A stretch of 64,000 bases of DNA from an uncultured Candidatus Rokubacteria bacterium (lineage in GTDB: Bacteria > Methylomirabilota > Methylomirabilia > Rokubacteriales > CSP1-6): assembly GCA_963747235.1 (NCBI GenBank), contig CAVVEU010000013.1, forward strand, positions 256,001 through 320,000, given 5' to 3'. The translations under genes were made by a program, and so were the position numbers. Shown piece after piece: positions 46,027-55,594 of the stretch (position 1 is its first letter; every line of letters starts with the position of its first letter). The notes beneath the pieces were generated by a model. The model was not told the origin of the DNA and did not search any database. It saw nothing but the letters and a program-made list of their open reading frames with translations.

Positions 46027-47480
46027 GTAGTCAGGATGCCCTGGTACAGGTGATCCAGGCGCAGGTGCTCATTGGGGCTGTGCTGGCGGTTGTTGGCGTT
46101 GGCGTAGGGCACCACGATGGTGGGCAGCTTCAGGATGTCGGTGAAGGCCCAGAGCGGCACGCTGCCGCCCATGGTGGGCAGGACCACCGCCGGCTCCCCG
46201 CCGTGCGCGCGCTCCACCGCCTCGATGACCTGCCGCGAGATGGGCAGATCGGCGGCGGTCTTGGCGGGATCGTAGCCCCGCCGCTCCACGACCCGGACGG
46301 CCCGCCCACGTAGCTCGTCCGGGATCGGCGCATCGGCCGACTCGATCACCGTGAAGCCCTGGCCCCGGATGTGCTCGAGGATCCGCCGATATACCACGTC
46401 CACCCGCTGATTCTTCACGAGCCGGGCGTCGAAGGCCACGGTGGCCTGGCTCGGGATGATGGTCTGCGCTTCCTGACCGGTGAAGCCGCTCTTGAGCCCG
46501 CGGATGGTGAGCGTGGAGCGGAACATGAGCCGCTCCAGGTACTCGGACGGCAAGGTCACGCCGAGCTCCCGCTCGATCGCGGCGCGGTCGAGCGGTATGC
46601 GGCCCATCAGCTCACGCTCGGCGGCGGTGGGCGGGGCCACGCCCTCCTCGAGGCCTTCGACGAGCGGCGTTCCGTCCGGCGCGGCCATCGACGCGAGCAG
46701 GCCGACCAGTCGCCAGGCCGGGTTCGGGACGCTGAAGTTCCCGGAGTGCACGTCGCGCCGGGCCGTCTCGAGCGTCAACTCCAGCGAAAGGATGCCGCGC
46801 GCGCCGAAGGCCACCGTGGGTCGCCCGCTCGCGTCCTTGGGGCCGTCCATCACCAGCGCGACGTCGGCCGCCAGGAGATCACGGTGCCGCTCGGTGAAGG
46901 AGCCGAAGTGGGTGCTGCCCATCTCCTCCTCTCCGTCGAAGATGAACTTGAGCGCCACCCGGGGCGCGATGCCCTGGGCGCGCATGAGCTCCAGGGCCGT
47001 GAGATGGGCCCAGATGGGCCCCTTGTCGTCGGAAGCCCCCCGGGCGTAGAGCCGGTGCTCGGGCAGGAGGTCGTCGGCCACGTCGGCCAGGCCCAGGATC
47101 GGTGCTCCCTCCTCCGCCGTCCCGCGCCGCAGCACCGGCTCGAAGGGCGAGGGCTGAAGCCACCCCGCCGGGGGGGCGGGTTTCACGTCGAAGTGACAGT
47201 AGATCAGCACCGTGCGGCGCGCCCCGGGGAGGGGCAAGGAGCCGTACACGGCAGGATTGCCCCCTGTTTCCATGACCTGGGCATCGAGGCCTCGCGCCGT
47301 CATGGCCTGCGCCAGCCACGCGCCACCGGCCCGAACGCCTTCCGGGTTCTGGCTCACCGTATCGAGGCGCAGGAACCCGGCCAGCCCCTCCATGATGGCC
47401 CGACGACGGTCCACGATCGCGCGCTGCAGGCCGGCCCAGCCCGCGTCATCCATGGCCGTCGGCTGGGTGGGCGTAGTCAC
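45999..47480 (-). CDS. M20 family metallopeptidase
   Basis: YCHFDV, ARGASDDKG, DGEEE, HSGN, QHSPNE. Confidence 0.9.
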   Translation of the reverse strand: MTTPTQPTAMDDAGWAGLQRAIVDRRRAIMEGLAGFLRLDTVSQNPEGVRAGGAWLAQAMTARGLDAQVMETGGNPAVYGSLPLPGARRTVLIYCHFDVKPAPPAGWLQPSPFEPVLRRGTAEEGAPILGLADVADDLLPEHRLYARGASDDKGPIWAHLTALELMRAQGIAPRVALKFIFDGEEEMGSTHFGSFTERHRDLLAADVALVMDGPKDASGRPTVAFGARGILSLELTLETARRDVHSGNFSVPNPAWRLVGLLASMAAPDGTPLVEGLEEGVAPPTAAERELMGRIPLDRAAIERELGVTLPSEYLERLMFRSTLTIRGLKSGFTGQEAQTIIPSQATVAFDARLVKNQRVDVVYRRILEHIRGQGFTVIESADAPIPDELRGRAVRVVERRGYDPAKTAADLPISRQVIEAVERAHGGEPAVVLPTMGGSVPLWAFTDILKLPTIVVPYANANNRQHSPNEHLRLDHLYQGILTTARLLHDLG

Positions 47481-47620
47481 GGGCTTACCTTACCCGCCGA
47501 GGATGCGCCCCGTACCAGGTTTTTGGCACATGTCTGGAAAGTTGGACTCTCCGGGCCCCTTCTCGGTACATTAGCGGCTCACGTGACGGCCTGATCATGC
47601 CCCCCACTCGAGATCGCTCC

Positions 47621-49255
47621 ATGAAGAGGCGCCGCGCGTTCCTGGCGGTGGTGATGATCCTCGACCTCTGCCTGGCAAACGCCTGCTTCCTGGCGGGGGC
47701 GGTGGTGACGCCGGCGGTGGCCCAGCAGTCCGAGGCCGACGTGTTCGTCGCGCAGGCCATCCTGGCCTATGATGCCCGGAAGTACGACGAGGCGCTGGCC
47801 CTGCTGAACGACGCGCTGGCCCTGGACCCCAAGAACGTGGAGGCGCTCTACTACTCCGGCCTGGTCCTGATGGCCCAGCAGAAGACCGAGCAGGCGGTGG
47901 AGGTGCTGGAGAAGGCCCGGGCGCTCGCGCCGCGCGACCTGTCGATCCTGTTCCTCCTGGGCGTGGCCTATTTCGCCCTCGAGCGCTACGACCAGGCCGA
48001 GAGCCCGTTGACGCAGGTGTTCAACGAGCGGCCCCAGACCGAAGGCATCGGCTACTACGTCGGGCTGATCCGCTACCGTAAGAAGGACTACCAGGGCGCG
48101 CTCAGGGCGTTCCGGGCCGAGACCTCGAAGAACCCGAACATCCAGCAGCTCGTGCGGTTCTACTCGGGGCTGACGCTCGCGATCCTGGGGCTTCCGGAGC
48201 AGGCGGTGGCGGAGGTGGACGCCGCTCTCCGGCTGCAGACCGGCTCCGCGCTCACCGGACCGGCCGAGCGCATCCGCGACTCGCTGGCCTCCGCGCGGGA
48301 TTCGGAGCGGCGCTTCCACGCCGACGTCCGGGTGGGCTTCCTCTACGACAGCAACGTGGCGGTGGTGCCGCAGCCGAGCCACGACCCGACCGCGGAGTCG
48401 CTTCGCCGGCGCAAGCACGCCACCACGGGCGAGATCGCCGCGCTGCGGCTCGAGTACGCGTGGCTGCGCACCGGTCCGTGGGAGTCCAGTGTCACGTACT
48501 CGTTCTTCCAGACGTACAACAACGCGCTGCCGGACTTCAACGTGCAGAACCACCTGGTGGCGGGTGCCCTGTCCTACCGCGCGGCCATCGGGTCCATGCC
48601 GTTCCAGGTCGGCACCCAGTACTCGTGGGACTACCTCTCGCTCGGCAACGACGACTTCCTGCAGCGTCACACCGCCACTGTCTTCGGCACCCTGGTCGAG
48701 AACCAGGGCAACCTGACCACCGTCCTGGGGCGGTTCCAGAACAAGGATTTCTACGCGTCGGTGGGGCAGCTCCTCGACGAGGATCGCGACGCGCGGAACT
48801 GGATGGTCGGCCTGACTCACGTCTTCCGCTTCGCGCAGGACAAGCACTACATCCGGGTGGGCTACCAGTTCGACTACGAAAAGGCGGACGGGCGGAACTT
48901 CAGCTACGCGGGCAATCGCTTCCTGGCCGGCGGGCAGTACACGCTGCCCTGGGGCTCCACGCGGCTCAAGTACGACTTCGACCTGCACCAGCGGCACTAC
49001 CTGCACGCCAACACGCTGCTGCCGGTGGCGAACCCGAGCACGCGCGAGCGGGAAGACTTCGAGCAGAACCACGTGGTGCGGGTGGAGCAGGTGCTGGCCG
49101 CGAACATCGGGCCCGCCTCCATCGGGTGCGCGTCGAACGCGCCGTGTCCGCTGACGCTGGCCGCCGAGTACCAGCGGACCGTCGCGGACTCGAACCTGGC
49201 AGTGTACGGCTACAACCGGAACGTCTGGTCGCTCACCCTCTCCTGGCAGTACTGA
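47621..49255 (+). CDS. TPR + outer-membrane beta-barrel protein (Slam/DUF560-like architecture)
   Basis: Signal peptide, N-terminal TPRs, YDSNV motif, amphipathic beta-strands, C-terminal SWQY aromatic signal. Confidence 0.75.
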   Translation: MKRRRAFLAVVMILDLCLANACFLAGAVVTPAVAQQSEADVFVAQAILAYDARKYDEALALLNDALALDPKNVEALYYSGLVLMAQQKTEQAVEVLEKARALAPRDLSILFLLGVAYFALERYDQAESPLTQVFNERPQTEGIGYYVGLIRYRKKDYQGALRAFRAETSKNPNIQQLVRFYSGLTLAILGLPEQAVAEVDAALRLQTGSALTGPAERIRDSLASARDSERRFHADVRVGFLYDSNVAVVPQPSHDPTAESLRRRKHATTGEIAALRLEYAWLRTGPWESSVTYSFFQTYNNALPDFNVQNHLVAGALSYRAAIGSMPFQVGTQYSWDYLSLGNDDFLQRHTATVFGTLVENQGNLTTVLGRFQNKDFYASVGQLLDEDRDARNWMVGLTHVFRFAQDKHYIRVGYQFDYEKADGRNFSYAGNRFLAGGQYTLPWGSTRLKYDFDLHQRHYLHANTLLPVANPSTREREDFEQNHVVRVEQVLAANIGPASIGCASNAPCPLTLAAEYQRTVADSNLAVYGYNRNVWSLTLSWQY

Positions 49256-49269
49256 GGTCCCGTACCGCC

Positions 49270-51138
49270 CTACAGCCCCTGCTTGACCTGCGCGCCGCCG
49301 GTGACGCTGATCACCGCCGAGCCCGGCGCGATCTGCAGCGTGTTGCCGGCCAGGTTCACGATCGGGCTACTGCCCAGGTTGATGGTCCCGCCGCCCGCCA
49401 CGAAGACCGGCAGGTTGCCGATCATGGAACATCCCCCGTTGCCGCAGAGGCCGTTGGTGATCGAGAGCGTGTTGCCGGTGCCGATGAAGTTGATGAGCGC
49501 GCCGGTGATGTTGAGGGTCGAGCCGCCCGAGAGGCTCAGGAGCGCGCCGTTGGTCAGGGTCAGCGTGCTACCGCCGGCGAGGCGGAAGAGATCGCCGGCC
49601 ACCGACAGGGTCGCGCCGCCGGAGAGGCTCAGCGCGTGGCCCTTGATGGTGAGGCTGCTGGCGGTCAGCGCGGTCATCTGACCGAGCTTCACCGCCGCGC
49701 CGTTTGAGAGCTCGACCAGGCTGCGGTCGGTGGTCAGGGCCGCGCGCTGGGTCAGGCTGAGGAGCGGGGCGCTGGCGCTGACCAGGTCCATGACCGCCCC
49801 GCCACTGACCGAGAGCAGGCTGCCCGCGGCGCTGGCGCTCGAGCCGACGAGGTCTACCAGGGCGGAAGCGCCGCTACCGAGGAGGCTGGCGCCGCCCGCG
49901 ATCTGCACCATGTCGGAGGCGAGGCCGAGTCCGCCGTTCTGATCGTGGAACAGGGTGCCGGTAAGGCTGAAGGTGGCTCCGCCGCCCAGCGTCAGCAGGC
50001 TGGCCGCGCTCAGCTTCGAGGGGTCGAGGTAGAGGAGCGGGGCGGTCCCGCTGCTTGCGAACGTGGCGCCGCCCGTCACGTCCATCAGGCTCTGGCCGAC
50101 GCTCAGGGAGCTGCCGATCGCCTCGAGGATCGGCACGGTGGGGGTGTCGGTCTGCCCCGCGGTCAGCGAGTAGAGACTGCCGCGCGCGGTCACGGCTTGG
50201 CCGTTGTAGGAAAGCCGCGCCTGACCTGTGGGGCCGGCGGTCGGAGTGGGTGGCGGGCTGCCCGGCAAGGTCGAGGCGACGAGCGCAACGACCGGCGTGT
50301 CCGTGATGCCCGGCGTCCCGTTGCCCTGCGCGCTCGGGGGCGGGGCCGAGGCGCTGTCGCCGCCCGCACCCGCGCCGGCCATCTCCGGGGCCAGGAACTC
50401 GGCCACCGCGAGCGCCTTCGCCTGCTCGTGCGAGGTGACGCTGGCCATGAACTCCGCCGGCCCTTCGGCGATCTGGGGCGCCGAGCGGAGGTCGGCGAAG
50501 ACCTGTGCGGCCGCGGTGGGCGACAGCGGCATTTGCGAGAAGGGCTCGCTCCCGGTGCGGCTCCAGCTCTGGAGCGTGCCGACCTGGGCCGGGGCGGCGC
50601 CCGGATTGTTCGGGTCGGACACCTCCACGAGGCCGTGCAGGACGTGGACCTTGGTCGTGTAATTCGGCTGGCCGGGTGAGCCGCCCGGCGCGGGGATCAG
50701 CTCGACCACCAGGACCGTCCCGCGAATTGCCGCGATCGCGTTCGGGGTGCGGATCTCGATCACCTCGCCGGGACGCATGCGCTGCCGCACGACTCCCATC
50801 GCGATCTTGCCCGAGGTGAGATCGACGGTGGAGCGGCCGGTCTCTTCCTTGATCGTGAGGGACGAGAGCTCGCGCACCGTCACGAGCGCCTTGCCGCCGA
50901 GGAGCACGCGCACCACCGACTTCTCGGCGGTGGCGATGTGATCCCGCATGAAGACGTTGTCTTTGAAGTGCAGGGGCTGGGGAGTGGGCAGGGCGGCGCG
51001 GGCCACCGTCACCGTACCGGCCAGCGTCGTGACGACACCGACGCCCCGGCCGCCGTCGCCCGCGGTCTGAGCCAGGGCGATGCTCGGCCACACGGCGAGT
51101 AGCAGGGCCACCCGGGTCACACGCACCAGCCATCTCAT
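49270..51138 (-). CDS. Secreted FecR-domain protein with Gly/Ser/Leu-rich beta-helix passenger
   Basis: Signal peptide; GVVTTLAG.V, D.I.T..S, EIRTPNAIAAIRGT; repeats such as LLSLSGGSTL. Confidence 0.8.
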   Translation of the reverse strand: MRWLVRVTRVALLLAVWPSIALAQTAGDGGRGVGVVTTLAGTVTVARAALPTPQPLHFKDNVFMRDHIATAEKSVVRVLLGGKALVTVRELSSLTIKEETGRSTVDLTSGKIAMGVVRQRMRPGEVIEIRTPNAIAAIRGTVLVVELIPAPGGSPGQPNYTTKVHVLHGLVEVSDPNNPGAAPAQVGTLQSWSRTGSEPFSQMPLSPTAAAQVFADLRSAPQIAEGPAEFMASVTSHEQAKALAVAEFLAPEMAGAGAGGDSASAPPPSAQGNGTPGITDTPVVALVASTLPGSPPPTPTAGPTGQARLSYNGQAVTARGSLYSLTAGQTDTPTVPILEAIGSSLSVGQSLMDVTGGATFASSGTAPLLYLDPSKLSAASLLTLGGGATFSLTGTLFHDQNGGLGLASDMVQIAGGASLLGSGASALVDLVGSSASAAGSLLSVSGGAVMDLVSASAPLLSLTQRAALTTDRSLVELSNGAAVKLGQMTALTASSLTIKGHALSLSGGATLSVAGDLFRLAGGSTLTLTNGALLSLSGGSTLNITGALINFIGTGNTLSITNGLCGNGGCSMIGNLPVFVAGGGTINLGSSPIVNLAGNTLQIAPGSAVISVTGGAQVKQGL

Positions 51139-51201
51139 CGCGATCAGTCCTCCGTGCAGGGGTTGCGTGGCGGCGCATAACGCGCCCGCCAGTAAGAGTT
51201 A

Positions 51202-51216
51202 GCAAGGCGTCTGCCA
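51202..51216 (-). promoter_or_regulatory. sigma54 -24/-12 promoter
   Basis: Reverse complement TGGCAG-ACGCC-TTGC upstream of the FecR gene at 51138. Confidence 0.75.
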
Positions 51217-51282
51217 GAAGGGAGGGCTCGGAACCTGGCGGAAGATCAGGCGAAGGGGAGCTGCGGGATCCGGGGCGCTCTT

Positions 51283-51324
51283 CAAAACATGACGGGCCTC
51301 CGACGGATTTCGTCGGAGGCCCGT
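51283..51324 (-). terminator. Intrinsic terminator
   Basis: 14-bp stem ACGGGCCTCCGACG/CGTCGGAGGCCCGT followed by a T-rich tail on the minus strand. Confidence 0.7.
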
Positions 51325-51351
51325 GTTCGCCCCGGAACGAGCGGAGCCAGT

Positions 51352-53870
51352 CTACAGCCCGCTGATCGTGACCTTGGTCGTGGCGCCATCCACGCGAATC
51401 AGCGCGGCGTTGGGCGAGAGATTGACGGTCCCGAGCCCGCCGTTCTTGATCGCGCCGTTGATGCTCACGTTGCTGGCGAGGGCGCCGCCGGTCAGGCTGA
51501 CCGGGATGCCGCCGATCGTGGTGCACGGGCAGAAGCTGTTGGTCACGGAGACCAGGTTGCCGCCGCTGCCGCCGAAACCGATCAGGCCGCCGTTGACGCT
51601 CAGGATCGACCCGCCGGTCAAGCTCACGAGCGAGCCGTTGAGCACACTGAGGCTGCTCCCGTTTGTCAGGCTGAAGAGATCGCCGGTTACCCGGAGGACG
51701 CTGCCGCCCGCCAGGCTGAGTGCGGCCCCATTGGCCACGGTCAGTGCGCTCCGGTCGAGCTTCACGATCGAACCCAGGCTCGTGACCTTGGCCTGATAGG
51801 AGAGCTGGACGGTGTCGGCCGCGGTCGTGAGCTTGCTGCCGTTGGTGAGCACTAGCAGTGGTGCCGTCGCCTCGAGCAGCGCGGTGTCGACGCGCACGCC
51901 CTGATGGGCGTTGACGGTGGCATTGGAGGTCTCGAAGAGCGGTCCCGCGGTCTGAAGCGGCCGGCCGGTGCCGAGCGTGAGGCCGGTCTCGGCATCGATC
52001 CCGAGTCGTTATCCCGGAGAGGTCGAAGATGGGTAACCCGATGCTGCCGAAGTTGTGGCTGCCGCCCTGGAGATAGACGAGCGGATCGGTCGAGGTACTC
52101 GTCAGGGTCCCGCCCTGGATGAGGGTGACGAGGCTGAACGGCACGGTCGAGGTCGCTGTCGTTGGCGCGGAGGAGCGGGCCGGCCAGCGTGGCCCTGCCA
52201 CCGCAGCACACCGCGATGAGGGAGTCGAAGGCCTGGGGCTGATTGACGAGCTGGACGAGCGGACGCCGTTCCCGGACTGTTGAGGGTGGTGCCGGCACCC
52301 ACGAAGTAGAGCTGGAGGATCGGCGAAGACTTCCACCTGATCCAGCAGGGCGGCGGATTGCACCGACTGGTCGGTGACGTCTCCGACTTGAGCGGTGTAG
52401 GTGGCCTGCCCGGCCGTGCTCGGCACCCAGTTCAGGGTGAAGGTCTTGAAGCCGGTCACGCCGGTACCCTGACCGGTCGTGAAGCCGCCCGCGTTCGCGG
52501 TCTGCGGAGAGACCGTCGAGGATGTGAAGGACGTGTTACGTCGCTCGAGAGCCAGGACCTGCGTGTTCCCGGCCGGATCCGCGACCGACAGCTCGAGGCG
52601 GTCGTCATAGATCGTGGGCTGGCTGGGGAACTCGTTGCTGAAGAAGTTGTACGTGGTCTTGATCACGTACAGCGTGTTCCCGGTGACCGCGAACGACTGC
52701 GTGAGCTTGCTCGAGTCGGTGTATGCGGGGAGCGCCGGATTGAGCGAAGGCCCGAGACCGCCACCCTGCAAGGCACCGATCGAGCTGTAGATGAGGCCCA
52801 TGGCCTGGCCCGCGGGTGGGGCCACCGTTCCGAGACCCGCGATGGTTCCGCCCTGTCCGGTGAGGTTCCAGCCCTGGAGGCCGCTCTCGAAGCCGCCGTT
52901 CACGAGCAGATTCGGTCCCTGCGTCGTGCCGCCGGCGTCCGCCGGTCCGACTGCCACCGGTCCCGCCACTGCCACCGGTCGCCAGCCACCGGTCCCGCGA
53001 CTGCTGGGCCGGCGTGCTCCCGGTCCCGCCAGTGCCCCGCTGGTTCGACCCGTATCTTGATCTCCTGCGGGGTCGTGCCCGTGAGTGCGTTGTGACCATG
53101 ATTCCAACGGTTCCGGTGCCACCTGACGTTCCGGTACCGCTGGAGTTGCAGGATCCGTCACGCGTTCCGGTGTTCACGAACTGGGCGACCATGCGTGGCC
53201 TGGTTCGTCTGCACCTGAATGAGCGCGCTCTGGAGGCTCTCGGGCACCGACGTGAACGTGGGGGTGCCCGTCCGGAAGCCGAAGGCTCCGTTCAGGTCGC
53301 TCGCGGTGGCCGGAGTGGGGGGCTCCAGGTTCCTGCCACGTCTGCCCGACCGGGAGCGGACCGAGGTTTTGGCTATCGGGCCCGCGCAGGCAATCGCCCG
53401 GCGCCGCAGATGGTGACGGTGTAGTTCTGGGCCGCGTTGCGCTCGACCGAAATGATGCTGCCGCGCACCGCGGCCACCGCGTTCGGGGTGCGGATCTCGA
53501 TGGACTCGCCGGGGCGCATCCGCTTCTTGTCGACGGCGAGGACCACCTTGCCGTCGGGGAGGGTGACCACCGCGCGGCCCGGCTCTTCGCTGATCGTGAC
53601 CTGGGAGAGTTCACGCAAGGTGAGGATGGCCTTGCCGCCCAGCAGCACGCGCACGAGGGAGTTCTCCTGCGTGCTGATGCGGTCGCGGCCGAACACGTCG
53701 TCCTTGAACTTGATGGCGAGCGGGGTCGGCAACGCGGAGCGGGCCACCGTGGCGCGGCCGTCGATCGTCGTGACGATACCGACGGCGTCCGAGCTCTGCG
53801 CCGCGACAGGAGGCGGAAGAAGTGATGCTGCCATAGCCGCCGCCACTACCATCCACGTCCACCGTCTCAT
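51352..53870 (-). CDS. Second FecR-domain secreted protein with carbohydrate-binding-like module and beta-helix passenger; several frameshifts
   Basis: MRRWTWMVV signal; EIRTPNAVAAVRG; NLLVNGGFESG; C-terminal piece 51352-51897 is paralogous to the 49270 gene. Confidence 0.7.
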
Positions 53871-54080
53871 CGTGTGCGCCTCCGTGTTTTGCTCGCGACC
53901 GAGTGACTGATTATGCGTTCCGTGAGGAGCCCGCGCAAGAGGAAGCGAGGCGAACATCGCATTCCTCACGAGGGCTCCGTCAGCGCGTCGACATCGCGCA
54001 CATGTTGCGCTCGGATCGCGGCTCGCGCGGCCAGTTGTGGCTCGCGCAGTGGTATAGTCGGAGGCTGAGCGCGCCCACCC

Positions 54081-54557
54081 ATGTTCGATATCGGCCTCCA
54101 GGAGCTGGCTCTCATCTTCGTGATCGCCCTGCTCGTGTTCGGCCCCAAGAACCTTCCCCAGCTCGGCCGATCCCTCGGCCGGGCCATGCGCGAGTTCCGG
54201 CGGGCCAGCGACGAGTTCCGATCCACCATCGAGACCAACCTCAAGATCAACGAGCTGGACCCGCTGCCGGATCCAACCCCGGTGGCCACCTCCTCCGACC
54301 TGGTGACCGAGCCGGTGGCGGCGGCGGAGGCCCTGCCGGAGTCGGTGCTCAACCCCTACGAGACGCCGGCCGTCGCCGTGCCGGAGGGGGAGAACTACCT
54401 GGCCCAGCGCAGCGCCAAGCTCTTCCACGGGCGTGACTGTAGCTGGGCCCGACGGATTGTTGAGCCCGAGCGGGTCTATTTCAAGCGGGTCGCCGAGGCC
54501 CGCGAGGCCGGGTACGCCGCTTGCCCGGTCTGCGAGCCCTGGGAGCCTGCCGGCTGA
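54081..54557 (+). CDS. TatA/TatB family subunit fused to an Ada-type Zn-binding domain
   Basis: MFDIGLQELALIFVIALLVFGPKNLP..LGRAMREFRR; C-terminal FHGRDC..EAREAGYAACPVC. Confidence 0.85.
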   Translation: MFDIGLQELALIFVIALLVFGPKNLPQLGRSLGRAMREFRRASDEFRSTIETNLKINELDPLPDPTPVATSSDLVTEPVAAAEALPESVLNPYETPAVAVPEGENYLAQRSAKLFHGRDCSWARRIVEPERVYFKRVAEAREAGYAACPVCEPWEPAG

Positions 54558-54579
54558 CCCCCTTTTTTTCCTTGTGTAG

Positions 54580-54609
54580 CTCAACGGGTGTTGACTATCA
54601 TCTGTTGAG
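54580..54609. promoter_or_regulatory. Candidate LexA operator
   Basis: Palindrome TCAAC-GGGT-GTTGA plus adjacent half-degenerate CTATC-ATCT-GTTGA, about 50-75 bp upstream of lexA. Confidence 0.5.
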
Positions 54610-54655
54610 GCTCGGCCAAGCAGAGGCTCGAGTTGCCAGGAAAGGGGCGACCAGG

Positions 54656-55291
54656 GTGAAGGAGATGACGGCTCGGCAGCGCGAGGTGCTGGAGTTCATC
54701 CGGTTCTTCGGCGAGCGGCAGGGTGTGCCCCCCACTGTCCGCGAGATCGGGGAGCGCTTCCACTTCACGGCCCGTGCGGCGTTCGACCACCTGCGGGCGC
54801 TGGAGCGGAAGGGCATGCTGGAGCGCCGGGTGACCGGCAAGCGCGCCTCCCGGACCCTCGTGCTCCCCGCGCACAAGGGCGCGCGGCGGGTGGAAGTGGC
54901 CGCCTCCGGCATCCCGGTGCTCGGCCGCATCGCGGCGGGCGCGCCGATCACCGCGGTGGAAAACCACGAAGACACCATCCCGCTGCGGCCCGATTGGCTC
55001 GGCACGGGTGGTCAGGATGTCTTCGCGCTCCGCGTGCGCGGGGACAGCATGATCGAGGCGCACATCATGGACGGCGATCTCGTCCTCGTGCGCAAGCAGG
55101 ACACGGCGGCGAGCGGTGACATCGTCGCGGCCATGCTGGACGGTGAGGCCACCGTGAAGCGTTTCGCGCGGGAGAGCGGCGCGGTGGTGCTGCGCCCGGA
55201 GCACCCGACCATGAAGCCGATCGTGGTGGAGGCAGGTCGCGGCGACTTCCGCATCCTGGGCAAGGTCGTCGGCATCATGCGGCAAATCTGA
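54656..55291 (+). CDS. lexA: SOS repressor LexA
   Basis: PPTVREIG HTH, IAAG cleavage site, GDSM catalytic Ser, TVK catalytic Lys. Confidence 0.95.
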   Translation: MKEMTARQREVLEFIRFFGERQGVPPTVREIGERFHFTARAAFDHLRALERKGMLERRVTGKRASRTLVLPAHKGARRVEVAASGIPVLGRIAAGAPITAVENHEDTIPLRPDWLGTGGQDVFALRVRGDSMIEAHIMDGDLVLVRKQDTAASGDIVAAMLDGEATVKRFARESGAVVLRPEHPTMKPIVVEAGRGDFRILGKVVGIMRQI

Positions 55292-55317
55292 GGGGCAATC
55301 CGAAAGGAGCACGGACC

Positions 55318-55581
55318 ATGCGGCGGGTAGCAGCAGTGGCGGTGCGGAGCAGGAAGCGGCGGCCGATCACGCGCCGTGATTGGACGTGTGACTGGCGTCG
55401 CGATGCGCGGCGCCGCGTGTGGATCGGGTCGCGCGCGCGGGCGGCCGCAGTACGCCCCCTTTTTTTCGCGCTGAAGACTCAACAGGTGGCGACGCTTCGC
55501 CCGGCCGATCTCCTGGGCGCCGCGGCAATGCTGCTGGGCGTGGTGTCGTGGGGTGTGCTGGCCGCGCTGCTGGCGAGCTGA
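55318..55581 (+). CDS. Small basic protein with C-terminal TM helix downstream of lexA
   Basis: AAAGGAG RBS; LLGAAAMLLGVVSWGVLAALLAS. Confidence 0.6.
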   Translation: MRRVAAVAVRSRKRRPITRRDWTCDWRRDARRRVWIGSRARAAAVRPLFFALKTQQVATLRPADLLGAAAMLLGVVSWGVLAALLAS

Positions 55582-55594
55582 CGACGGGCCAGAC

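Noticed and set aside
47524-47538. TGGCAC-ATGTC-TGGA upstream of the TPR-barrel gene
   Set aside because: Good -24 but the -12 lacks the conserved GC, so it is not counted as a promoter.
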